From positions 310,001 to 374,000 of the forward strand of contig JBODTK010000117.1 in assembly GCA_050613775.1 (NCBI GenBank): a DNA stretch of 64,000 nt, written 5' to 3'. A model generated the notes under the pieces. That model was not told the origin of the DNA. It ran no database searches and saw only the letters and a program-made list of their open reading frames with translations. The translations under genes were made by a program, and so were the position numbers. This document shows positions 12,344 through 24,530 of this stretch, one piece after another. Source of the stretch: Neocallimastix sp. 'constans' (Eukaryota). Every line of letters begins with the position of its first letter. Position 1 is the stretch's first letter.

Positions 12344-15300
12344 ATTTTTTTTTTTTTTTTTTTTTTTAGACTTAGAGAAAACTTTATTTAATTCATAATA
12401 ATTATAAAATTACTTGATTTTAATGAAAAATAACAAATAAAATACATGAAATAAAATATTATATATTATAAAATTATAAAAGTGCGTTAGAAGCAATAGC
12501 CTCTAACTTTTCCCATTCCTCGATAATAACACCACGTCCATTATTGCGAGTAATAATTTCAGTATTAGTGTTATCAATCGAATCTGTATCTGGAGGTGAA
12601 AATCCATGCCTTATCATTTCAACGTCGACGCTCTCGGCAATAGTAGATTCAACGGAATACCATTTCATCATCAAACTAAAAGATCGACAAATTAATGGTA
12701 TTACGTTTGTTAGAAACTCCGCAATCCCCACAAAATACGGAACAGTTGACGAAGTTTAACTTTGTTTAAAAATATTGTCAACTAATTGTCTTTGTTCCCC
12801 ATCATTAACTTTAATTTTTGAATATATTGAACGCCCACCAAGAAGTGCACTCAATATATAATAATAAATATTATTATCATAATCGTTTTCTGAATCTAAA
12901 GAAACATCCAAGGATTTTTGTTCAATTATCAATGCAAACTTCAAAAAGAGATCATCTAGAAAAGGTAAAGATTTATTTCTGTAATATTCCAATTCTTTAC
13001 AGGTAAAGATCCAGTGAGAAAAGCTAGGTACACTAACACCACAACAAGGGCAACATTTAGGGCAATCTTCTGAGACGATTTTTCTTTTAATGGAAATACT
13101 AATGTCGAATTTAAAACCACACCAAATTCGAGAAATCCAAAAGAATCCCAACTGATACATAGAATGTTGAAATGTTAAATTTCTGATTTCTGAAATAAAT
13201 CCAAAATCATTCTCCTTGTAAATAATTGCTTTTTTTTAGCTTTTGAGGGTTTGAAGACATCTCTTTCCCAATAAAATTTTTTTTTACTTCACTTGTTTTT
13301 TTACCATTTAATTTCTTATCCAAAGTCCTTGATTCTTTAGTCTATGAGTAATGTTATATAGTATGAATATTATTAGTGAGATGATTAATAATACATGATG
13401 AATTTTTCCATTTTCTAAAGCATCGTAATTGAGATATTGCACAGATAGCTGAAAGAGGAGGTATTTCAATTCACGAATAATGTTATAGAGACTAACAGAA
13501 GAATTATGAGATTTAAATCCATAACACCAATAAAGTCCTCTATTAAAAAATTTTTTTGAGCTTTAGAACATCTGCTCTTATTTGAACCAAAGAGAGGAGC
13601 ATAATATATAACAAGACTAAGAATAAACGAAATTAAAACATATTTCTTCAATGGGAGAGGAATAGATTTATTAATAAGAAATCGAAAGTATGAATTTAAC
13701 TTGACATTAAATTACTGTTTAATTTGGATTGTATAGGTTTCAATGATAAAGATTCATCAAAAGGAATACCATGATAAGTATAGTTGTCAGTTTTAGGTAA
13801 TTTGTTACTACCAATAAAGAAAGATGGATCTTCATAGTTTATCGGTTTAACAAAGTTAATCGGTTTTACAACAAGAGTAGCACACTTATTAATTCCAAAA
13901 GTCATTTCATTTTTAATAGCCCATTCATGAACTATATTCAAAATTTTCTTAAGAGCTTGTTTAGATGGATCAACTAAAACAATATCATCCGCAAAAAGTC
14001 CACCACAACAATATTGAGAATCTAAATATACACCATACTTATCACAATTATGCAGTACATCATTAATGAACAAATTGAATAAAATAGGAGATAGAGGGCA
14101 TCCTTGTCTAACACCACGATTAATCGAAAATTCTTCTGAGAGATTACCATTAAAAAAAGCACGAGCTTTAGAAGATAGATAAAGATTCTTTAAAAACAGA
14201 TGACATTTATCTCTAATTCCTAAGTTATATAATTTGGTCAAAATATTAAAGATAGGTACTGAATCATAGGCTTTTTTAAGATCGAGAAAAGCAAAATAAG
14301 TAAAATTTCCTTGAAATTTTCTTCTTTGACATATCTCTCTAATTGAAATATATAAACTGCATTCTTCTTTATTTCTAAATCCAAATTGTTCAGGTCTAAC
14401 AAATTTATGTTCAAGGGCATATTTAGCAATTCTATTAGTAACAATCTTTGAAATAATTTTTAAGCCAACATTAATAAGAGAAATACCACGATAATTATTA
14501 CAATCCGAAAGATCTCCTTTTTTTGTAATTGATATTATAGAAGCCGAATTCCACTCTTCAGGGAAATCACCATCCCAGATTTTATTAAATAATGAAAGTA
14601 TACATTTAGCACACTTAGAGTAGTGATCATCTGAAGAATCATCTTGATTATCGGATAAATCAGATTTACTAAAGAAGGCTTTAAAAAATTCAATCGAAAT
14701 ACCATCGGGTCCAGGAGCTTTATTATTTTTCATTTCAAGCACAGTGTTTTGGATTTCTTCCATAGTAATAGGATCATTAATATTCCAAGTAGGATTATTA
14801 TTAGGATTAGTTCCAAATAAACTTACCCAGTATTCATTATCCAAACTGTGTTGAGTAACATCAGAAGCTAGTTCACTGTAATGTTCAGCAAATCGATTTA
14901 ATTGATCCGAATGAGAGAATAAAAAGTTACCCTGCTTGTCCTTTAAAACGCTTGACGAAATAGAATTAGAGTACATAGGGTGAGATAGCTTCTTCAATTT
15001 TAACCAAGCACTCCTAGCATTTTTATTACGAAAATCATTACATGTAGATTCTATTGACTGATGAAATTGTTTTGATTTAATAGAAAACTTAATTGATCTG
15101 ACTTTACCACATATATTTTTATATTCACGAAGCAAATTTAAAAATTCATCAAGGTTTTCAAGATTAGAACCTAAAGAAAAATTTTTGATTTCATTAAATG
15201 CAACATGCTTTTCATGAGAAAGTTTCTTGATATAATAAGGGCAGTGGAAAGCTGATCCTTTAAGATCACAAGGAACTCTAGCATGAACTTTATCATCAAC

Positions 15301-17030
15301 TTTATTAGCTGTTTCTATAAATTTATTGACCATTTCATTAGAACTTAATTCTTTATTATCATCAAATCATTAAGAAGAATTGAGAAGTAGTTACTTGAGA
15401 ATATTTCATTATGCTTTTCATTACACATGCGTTGGGACCACTTGAATCTTCTAGAAGGAGTAGGAACACGAAAACCTTCTGAGTCATCTTTCTTACAGGA
15501 AAGGATAAGAGGGAAGTGGTCAGATTTATCATTGAATGTACTACAAACAGATACCTTATTAATGTATTCCTTCATTTTACAATTAAATAAAACATGATCA
15601 ATACAAGACGATCTACCATCTCGAGCCCATGTAAAATCGAGACCTGATAAGTTTTTAGTGATCCACTGATGTGATGATTTATTAAGTAAACTATCTAATT
15701 GAGATTTAGACATATTAAAGTCACCTACAAGAATAGAAAGTGTATTAGTATGTTTCTTTATCCAATTAGTAATTTCTGAAAAGGCATTCTTTCTTTCTTT
15801 CTTATAAGTGACCGTAGGAACATAAATATTACCAATAGTGCATTTAATTCCCCAAAAAGAAGTAATGTTGACAGAAATGATATACTTATATTCAAAAGGA
15901 TCAGGAGAAAATGAACAAGAACGATGTACACTTATACTAAGACCTCTCATACCGGGTATATTTGGATCAGCTTTACGTAAAATTGTATTATAGTGACAAA
16001 GAAATGGGTAATTATTTGAATGTACATTAAGATATTGGCTATTACCGACCTCTTGCAAGCAAATATAGATGGGTTTAAAAATTTCATTAAAGTATCTAAT
16101 ACCATCACGTTTTTCATCATTCCATCCATTAATGTTCCAACTGACACAAAGATTAAAGAACTGAGTAGACGGTGAGTAAATACTACTATAAAGAAAATCT
16201 TTAACCATTGATTTAGTTTCAAAAGAAGAAAATTTGTTGTTAAATTTCTTAACTTCACTGAAAGTTCAGATTTTGTTGGTTTGGATCCAATTAATTTTAT
16301 TGATTGGAAGGCAATGGGTAAGAAGAAATAAAATATTTAGGTAATAAGTGGGTTTATCATAGTTTATCCTTAAAATGAAGTAATTTTCCATATTAGGTGT
16401 GTGTTTTTTTTGTAATTCCATGAATTATTTCATTGCAATTGGAAATACTCTTACTAAGAAATTCCCAAAGTTTACTAACAGACCATGATTGAAGATCATG
16501 AATAAAGATAAGAATGAAATCTTAATTCAGAATATCGTATCTTCGAAGGCCTCGCCGCAAAAATAGGTATAGTTGCAGAATTTGAAGAAGTACTATCCAT
16601 TTCAAGAAAGCCTAAAAAAATAAAATAAAAGAAGTATAAAATAAAAAAATAATAATAATAAAAAATAGATAAAAAAATTTTTTTTTAATATATATAATAA
16701 AACAAAATAAAAATAAAAGAGAAAGTAAATTCCCTTTAAATAGTATATAAAAAAAATTGGTATTGAATATATGAAAGCTTGAAATATATATAATTGTTCT
16801 TGATGATTTAATAGTTTTTAGATTTTGTGTGTGATTGATTTTATCGGTATTGCTGATATAATATTTATAAATTTACACAAGGGTTAGAAATATATAGATA
16901 CAAGATTACTTGTATATACTATTAAAATGAATAATCGCTTCTTTTTATCTTTTGACTGATTGTAATTCATTCAATTAATAAAGCTCTTTATGAAGATAAA
17001 ATTTTTCTGTTGAATAATCATAAATTAGCT
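12344..17030 (-). mobile_element. Near full-length APE-RT non-LTR retrotransposon (copy B), frameshifted
   Basis: APE domain 15345-16208 (SWNING, CLQE, GDFN, IDH, SDH), RT 13696-15333 (KAPGPDG, NYRGISL, FLDLKKAYDSV, GVRQGCPLSP, LFADD), C-terminal Zn finger CPCCG..HWIFTC (12756-13160), 3' UTR and poly(A) at ~12344-12367. One original ORF now split by frameshifts. 5' limit approximate. Confidence 0.95.
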
Positions 17031-17069
17031 AAAAGTATATATGAAAAAGAAAAAAATATTAGTAGAGAA

Positions 17070-17424
17070 AGACCATAAAAAAGATTCCCATCAGTTAAAT
17101 AAAGTTTTAAACACATGCTTTGGAGTGAATCAATATCCTACATTTCCATTTTACAATAGCTACATGAAAGTTTAAATAATATTATAGAAAAATACATATA
17201 CAAAATAATGTTAAAATAAAAAATACAATAGATTCATTGCAATGATAATATGTAGAAACTACATGATATTATTAATTATACAACTCCAATGTTACTACAT
17301 ATCCAGTTTAAAGCAATATAAAACATCAAGTTCACTTTCTGCGGTCTTCCAGTATTCCAATTTTCTCTCTTCGTACTAGAAGCCACTTTAGAAAGGATAA
17401 CCATCGATTATCATCAGAATCACT
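17070..17424. repeat. ~360-bp dispersed repeat, copy 2
   Basis: Direct-orientation paralog of 11960-12343. Confidence 0.85.
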
Positions 17425-17429
17425 TTGTT

Positions 17430-18118
17430 TTCTTTTTTTTATAGCAGTAATTATTGCGAACTTTAATCTTTATTTATTTATTCTTATATAAAATACATGA
17501 ATACTTTTAATTTTAATAAAAAATAAAAAAACACAGAATTACTAAAATAAATAAATATTATTTGTCCAATATAAACATAATAATAAAGAAATAGTAACGT
17601 GAAATAAAAAGTAATAATCAAAAATAAGTGTATAAATAAATTCAGAAAAAAAGTTCATATGCAACGAACCTCACCTCCTTATGGATTAGGGTTTGAATTG
17701 TCTATCTGAAAAAAATTATGGTCTTCTCCTTCAGAGGCATTGGCCCTCTGCTAGCCTGTCTTACTGCATTTTCAGTGTTGACGCTCCTGGTTAGTTTGCG
17801 CTTATACTTTCGGAATAGTAACCCTTTCCGAGTACTAGCTCGAGGCATAATTTCTGTTACTTTATAAGAGTAAAGTTAATTCCTCTTGCAGGCGATTTAT
17901 TATACATAAATCGAGTACACCCCTGCTCGGAGTACTATTTCTACTATTATTAACAATATTATTTCTATTGTTAATATTATTAATATTATATACTTCGTTA
18001 CTACTATCAGAATCAGAACTTAGTTCTATATTATTCGTATCTGTGATAACGGTATCTTCATTACTATTAGATATTGGACATCAGAATCACAGAAAGCTGT
18101 AATTAGTACACCTGATAT
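17430..18118 (-). mobile_element. Composite non-autonomous LINE derivative, copy 2
   Basis: Same modules and junctions as 9300-10000, including GCAGGCGATTTATTATACATAAATCGAGTACACCCCTGCTCGG. Confidence 0.8.
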
Positions 18119-18125
18119 ATATATA

Positions 18126-18526
18126 TTTTTTTTATAGCCGCAATTATTGCGAACTTTAATCTTTATTTATTTATTCTTATATAAAATACATGAATACTTT
18201 TAATTATAATAAAAAAAATAAAAAAACACAGAATTAATATAATAAATAAAAAAATTATTTGTCCAATTGAACATAATAATAAAAGAAATGGTAAGTGAAA
18301 TAAAAAGTAATAATCAAAAATAAGTGTATAAATAAATTCAGAAAAAAAGTTCATATGCAACGAACCTCACCTCCTTATGGATTAGGGTTTGAATTGACTA
18401 TCTAAAAGAAATTATGGTCTTCTCCTTCAGAGACATTGGCCCTACTAGCCTGTCTTACTGCATTTTCAGTGTTGACGCTCCTGGTTAGTTTGCACTTATA
18501 CTTTCGGAATAGTAACCCTTGTCGAG
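18126..18526 (-). mobile_element. Truncated further copy of the same LINE 3' end
   Basis: T-run then GCAATTATTGCGAACTTTAATC...GGAATAGTAACCCTT, closely similar to 17430-17832; interrupted by the poly(A) of the next element. Confidence 0.85.
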
Positions 18527-20460
18527 TTTTTTTTTTTTTTTTTTTTTTTTTTTAACGGCAGCAAACTTGTTTCATCTTTATTAATTAAATATTTGATAAA
18601 ATACATGAAATACAATAATAAAAAAAAAAAAAATAAAAAAATAAACAAATAGATATAATACTTGCTTCATTCCAAATTCTTGAGTATATCTTCTGTAAAC
18701 AATTTAAACCAGAAGAAGAATTATTTACTGAATTTTCGTCATCCGGAGGAATTAAAGCTTTATAAAATTCAATAGGAATTCCATCCGGGCCTGAAGCTTT
18801 ATAATTTGGAGTAGCTAAAATTGCTTCTCTAATTTCTTCTATACTGATGTCTTGATTTATATCCCATTCATTGTGTCTCGTATACCTAATTGTTCCATTG
18901 GAAAATTTATTAGACCATTCTATTAATGCACTATTGATATCAGAATGGCTTGAAGCAAGTTTTTTATAGTGATTGTGCCATACTTCTAACTGTTCTTTAG
19001 TAGAAGTAGCTAGTTTACCATTTTTGTCCTTTACTGGAGAATTTGACATATTTTTAAATTTATCTACTTTTGCTGTTGTTTTAAGCCATTTCCAAGCTTT
19101 CTTAGGGTTATGAGATTTCATATATTCACATCCTGTATTGATCCAATGTTGGTATTCAGTTTTCCTATAAATATTACACATATGATGAATAATTTTGCAC
19201 ATTCTATTATATTTTTCAATTAATTCTTCAAATTCATCTAAATTATGATAAGAACCTCTTCTTTTAATGGATTTATATAATTTCATTTTGAGTTTTTGCA
19301 AATTAAATATTCTCTGCGACATATGAAAAAAAGATTTCCTAACTTCTGATATTGACGTGATATTAAGTTCCTTAGCAATATTGAATGAAGTTGAAATAAA
19401 ATTCTTAGAAATATCATCAATACTAATATTAAGATCTGGAATCACTTCCTCTAAAACACTAAAATAGTTGTTGTCAAAAATTGATTCTTTTTCATTTATA
19501 CATTTTAATCTATTCCATTTAACTGTCTTTTTAGGCAGAGAGAAAGAATTATCTGAATTAACTGATGAAAAACATTTATCTTTTATTAATAAAGGTTTAT
19601 GATCCGAAATGGGGGGAAAGTCAATAAAAGTACCATATGAAAGTAAATCTAACATATGATCATTGACAATCGCATGATCTATATCAGATTCTCTATTACC
19701 TCTACTCCATGAAATTGGGGAGCCCCATAAGGGAAGAATTTTCCAATTACTAAATTTAGAGAGCAAATTACCTAATTTCTCAGTAGGTAAATTAAAATCA
19801 CCAACCAACATTGAAGGATGAGAAGAGTGACTATTTAACCACGACAATATTTCAATTCTAGCAGCTCTAGCATGAAGGCTATGGCCACTATGAGGTACGT
19901 ACACATTACCAATAGAACATTTAATGAAATTCCAAAAATTATAAGTATACAAGGAAATAATATACTCATAAGTGTTGTTTTCAAGAGAGGCTTGACAAGA
20001 ATTATGAAACCCAATATAAAGACCTCTTTTACCGGGAATTTCATTATTAGCTTTTTTGAAGAAATGTTTGTAGTTTTTTAATGATACTCGACATGGATAT
20101 TTACTGCTAGAACCTGAACCATTTCCTGTTTCCTGAAAGCATAAGAAAAGTAGTTTGTACATTGAAATAAAGAATTCAACACTGTCTTTTTTATCAAAGT
20201 TCCATCCATTAGTATTCCAACTGACACATAAAGAAAATTCTTTAACTGTATTATTATTAATATGAGTGTTATTAATATTATTGGAATTATTATAATTGAT
20301 TGAACTGGAATTTGAATTTGAATCTGAAGTTGAACTGAATTTAAATATAAATTTGAAATTGAACTTGAACTTGAACTTGAACTTGAACTTGAACTTGAAC
20401 TTGAACTTGAACTTGAACTTGAACTTAAACTTGAACTTAAACTTGAACTTGAAAAAAAAA
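18527..20460 (-). mobile_element. APE-type LINE (copy C): open endonuclease/linker ORF, RT deleted
   Basis: ORF 18585-20162 plus in-frame upstream SWNTNGW; motifs CFQE, GDFN, IDH, SDH, KASGPDG. Ends at IWNEASIISI and jumps to a 3' UTR and poly(A) at ~18527-18553. Confidence 0.92.
20359..20452. repeat. (TTGAAC)n hexanucleotide microsatellite
   Basis: About 15 tandem units at the 5' edge of LINE copy C. Confidence 0.95.
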
Positions 20461-20589
20461 AATAAAAATAAAAATAAAAAAAAGACTCAAACTATGTAAT
20501 TTTTCACACATTATTCATTGGTGATCAGTTCCAAAGGAATTAGGAACATTTAACATAGAATTTTTATTTCATCGTCAATTACAGGAATT

Positions 20590-20661
20590 AGGGGCGTTCC
20601 GGATTTGAACCGAAGACCTATTGATCTGCAGTCAATTGCTCTACCGCTGAGCTAACACCCC
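20590..20661 (-). tRNA. tRNA-Cys (GCA), intronless
   Basis: GGGGTGTTAGCTCAGCGGTAGAGCAATTGACTGCAGATCAATAGGTCTTCGGTTCAAATCCGGAACGCCCCT folds as a cloverleaf: acceptor GGGGTGT/ACGCCCC, anticodon arm ATTGA-CTGCAGA-TCAAT, T loop TTCAAAT, U73 discriminator. Confidence 0.97.
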
Positions 20662-21443
20662 CTTTTCCTGAATTTATATATTTTACATCATTTTTCACTT
20701 TTTCATTAAAAAAAAAATTTACGAAATGCAAAGCTTTATATACTTTCGAATTAATAATAATTTTATTTATTTTTTTTTTTTTCTTTTAATATTGTTTTAT
20801 TTGCTTTTTTATTATTTTTAAGTCAAAATGAAAAAAAATTTTTTAAATTCTTTTTGTTCTAATTTTTTTTTAAATTAGAAAAAAAATTAAATTTTACTGA
20901 AGAAAAAAAATAGAAATAATTTTTTACTATTAATTATTTACTAAATTTTTTCTTTTATTAATTTATATTACATGCTTATTAATTATTAAAAAAAGATTGA
21001 ATTTTTTATATTTAATTTTTATTTATTGCTTTTATTAGGTAGTTTGAATATATATTTATGTTTTTTTTTTTATTTTGGATATAAAATTAAATAATTCATA
21101 TTTTTCCTTTAGGGAATTTCTTCTTTATTTTTTTATACTTTAAAAAAAAATTTCTTTATCAAAAAAAATACTACTTTTTATTTCTTTTATTAAATTAAAT
21201 TAACTTTTAAAAAAAATAAATTTAAATTTATATCTAATTATTTATATTTATGTACTTTTTTTTATTGCTTTTTTTTTTTAAACTATATTAATCAAAAATG
21301 ATTCATCAAAAAATAAAATATCCAACAATAAATAATTATTATAGGGTTTATAGAAATAATTCATAAATCAAATTATATTTTTTTTTGATAGATAATTAAA
21401 ATAATTTTGATTTAATCCATTATTTTTAAATTTTCTTATAATT

Positions 21444-21638
21444 TTATTGCTTTTTTGGCTTGTTTTTCATTCTTAATGGGAAGAAACAACAAGTCAATGG
21501 TGGAGAATTTTTATTTGGTTTTGATTCTTCTTTTTTGTCATTAGTTGGTGTTTTTGTGGTTTGAACACTTTCTTCTTCAGTTGTCTTTGGAACTTCTGAA
21601 GTTTGTTCTTTTTTATCTTCTTCGGGGGTACCATCTAG
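21444..21638 (-). CDS. Putative stop-codon readthrough extension of NDK (64 aa)
   Basis: In frame after TGA-CTAG: LDGTPEEDKKEQTSEVPKTTEEESVQTTKTPTNDKKEESKPNKNSPPLTCCFFPLRMKNKPKKQ then TAA (21446-21444). Coding-like composition stops at the TAA. Confidence 0.7.
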   Translation of the reverse strand, partial: LDGTPEEDKKEQTSEVPKTTEEESVQTTKTPTNDKKEESKPNKNSPPLTCCFFPLRMKNKPKKQ

Positions 21639-22266
21639 TCACTCGTAAATAATGTTATCAAGAGCACGTGGGTAATCCTTAACACCTTCTGGGAACCATA
21701 AGTTAATTTCTCTTTCGGCACTTTCAACGGAATCAGAACCGTGAACAACGTTTCTTCCAGAATCAATACCGAAATCACCACGAATGGTACCTGGTTCAGA
21801 CTTTAATGGATCAGTCTTACCGAGCATAACACGTCCGTAGGCAACAACACCCTTACCTTGCCAGACCATACCAACAACTGGACCACTTAAGATGTACTTA
21901 ACAATCTTTGGGAAGAATGGCTTACCAATGTGTTCTTCGTAGTGCTTAGTTATAAGTTCTTCATCAGCTTGGAGCATCTTAATACCAAGAAGCTTGAAAC
22001 CCTTGTTTTCAAAACGCTTAATGATTTCACCAACAAGACCACTATATTTAAATAATAATAAAAAAAAATTAATATATATTCCTAAAAAACACAATAAAAA
22101 ATTTTCTACTAAAACTTTCATTCGTAAAATTAATCAATTTAAAATTTTTTAAAAAAAAAAAAAAAAAAACACATATATATAAACGTAAATGTTTAATTAT
22201 TTCATTAAATATTTACCGGGCAACACCATCTGGCTTGACCATAATGTAAGTTCTTTCAGTAGCCAT
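21639..22266 (-). CDS. NDK1: Nucleoside diphosphate kinase (group I NDPK), 2 exons: 22266-22217, 22041-21639
   Basis: Spliced product [24 protein letters not shown]...PGTIRGDFG...[21 protein letters not shown]...IIYE with the catalytic HGSD. GT-AG intron in matching phase. Confidence 0.97.
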
Positions 22267-23591
22267 TTTAGTTATCTTTATTAATTTTATAATTTAATAA
22301 ATAAAAAAAGTTATTACTTTATATTTTTTAAAATAATCAAACAATTTATTTTTAAAGTTTATAATCTTTTTTCTTTCTTTCGTTCTTTTTTCTTTTTTAT
22401 TATTTATATATCTTTAACTTTTATTTAATAAAATCTTTATGAGAGTATAAAACTAATTATACTAATATATGTTTTATTTTTCTTATAAATAATTCCCTCC
22501 TTCTCTTACTAATTTTTTCTTATTATTAAATATTTATTTTTGTTTATTTTTATTTCTTTGATTGATATTTCATAAAAACTTATTTTCTTTCCATTCCATT
22601 TTGTTTACACTTTACTTGTTAATGAAAAATTAAATATATATATATATATAAAATTTTATATATTTACTTTTTGTTTTTATTTAAAAAAAAAAAAACTAAT
22701 TTTGATAGAATAAAAAAAAGTTCTTTTTATAAAGTTATTTTAAAATATTTTTCAATATTTATTGAAATTTGTTGTTGAAGAAGAAAATAAAAAATTAGAA
22801 AAAAGTTTTTTCTTTTATACTAAAAATTTGAATTAGTATATATGATATATAATTATAAATTATCTATTTACATTAACATTATATATGGCAATCCTTATTT
22901 AATAATAATAATATTATTATTAATAATAATTTAAATAAATTTTAATAAATTAATATTAATATTAAATATAATGGTATTTATTATAATAATTAATATTTAT
23001 TATTTCATCTTAATTAGCATAATGTATTTAATATTTGTAAACTTCTTTACTCACTCATAAATTTATCAAAGAATGTAATATTTATACATTTAAATAATAT
23101 TTAATTAATTTATTTATTTATTATATATCTTCATTTATATTAATTAAATTAAAAATTTAATAAAAAAGAATGAATGAATGAACCATTCGTTTGATAATAA
23201 ATACAATTAATATATTGTTTTATATACATTTATCAAGCATATGATTAAATCAATTATTTAAATATATTATATATAAAACATTTATATTATATATATATTT
23301 TAATATTTTAATATATGATCTATATATTCCATTATTTTGAACTATTTTTCATTTCAAATTAAAATTGGTAATAAAAATATTCTATTTTTCAATAAAATCT
23401 TGAAATAATTGAAATTATATATGTCATAATATATTAAAATATAATAATTTTAACTATTTACAAAAAAAATAAAGTTGAAATAAAAATAATAATTAAATAG
23501 TAAAAATTAAGGAACGTAGATAAATGAATATTAAGTAATATATATAAAATTAAAGTTAAATTACCATTAACTAATCATTTACAATAAGAAA

Positions 23592-23626
<35 letters not shown>

Positions 23627-24428
23627 ATATTTAATAAATTAATTATATAATTGAATTGATTTTAATACTTTCCCTTTAAAGAAATTGTTAATAATTAAAA
23701 AAAAAAGTAAATTAAACCGTATCTTTTAAAATCTATGAAAAAAAACGAGTTAAAATTTATTAATACTCTTTTACTTAACTTTATAAATATATATTATAAA
23801 ATATGAACTAGTCCATTAATCTACTATTTATTTGTCTGTTTATTTATTTTGAATTTGATCAAATTTATATAAATGTTTTTCATCACAATAAATAAACCTT
23901 ATGTAAAATTATATATAACAATTATTGATTAAATTACATTTATGAATCATACTTTAGAATCTATTTATTTATTTGCTTATTTATTCATTTATTTATTTAC
24001 TCATTCATACATTATTATTTTCTTTTGTTTATTTTAAGTTATTATATTACTTTATGCTAATGAATTTTAATAAAAAGAATATACAAATAAATAAATCCAA
24101 ATAAAGTATTATTAAATTTATAATTAAAATTTTTAATTTATAAATATATATTAGGATTAGATTAAATATTTTGTTCATTTTAATAATATTGAAAAGGTTA
24201 GGGTTAAAATTCATAATTATGTGTTTTATGTTTTATGCAAAAAAATAAAAAAAAAAGATAAACTACCATTTTTAATTTCAAAAAATTATTTATGCTTTCA
24301 AATAAGAATATAATCTTTCATAAAAGATAAAGAAATCATCATACTTCATTATTATAATGATTGCTAAAAATAATTCTTATCTATTATTTTATTTTATTTT
24401 TTTATTTATTATAATTTTATTATTTATT

Positions 24429-24530
24429 ATATATATTATTTATGATTAAGATTTATTGTATTATATATATTATTTATGATTTAAGATTTATTGTATTATA
24501 TATATTATTTATGATTAAGATTTATTGTTT
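24429..24530. repeat. ~34-bp tandem repeat, 3 copies
   Basis: ATATATTATTTATGATTAAGATTTATTGT repeated. Confidence 0.85.

Noticed and set aside
11960..17424. Direct repeats flanking LINE copy B read as LTRs
   Set aside because: The interior is an APE-RT element with poly(A); the repeats are diverged, lack TG..CA ends, PBS and PPT, and part of them recurs in other chimeras.
21447..21460. Peroxisomal PTS1 or CaaX at the end of the NDK extension
   Set aside because: The C-terminus is KKQ, which fits neither signal.
21639..21641. UGA as selenocysteine in NDK
   Set aside because: It sits at the normal NDPK C-terminus, not at a catalytic Cys position, and no SECIS-like hairpin is evident in the AT-rich 3' region.
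24196..24204. TTAGGG telomere-like hexamers (also in LINE 3' ends at ~9561, 17686, 18382, 61573)
   Set aside because: Single units, not arrays; no evidence for a telomere or telomerase template.
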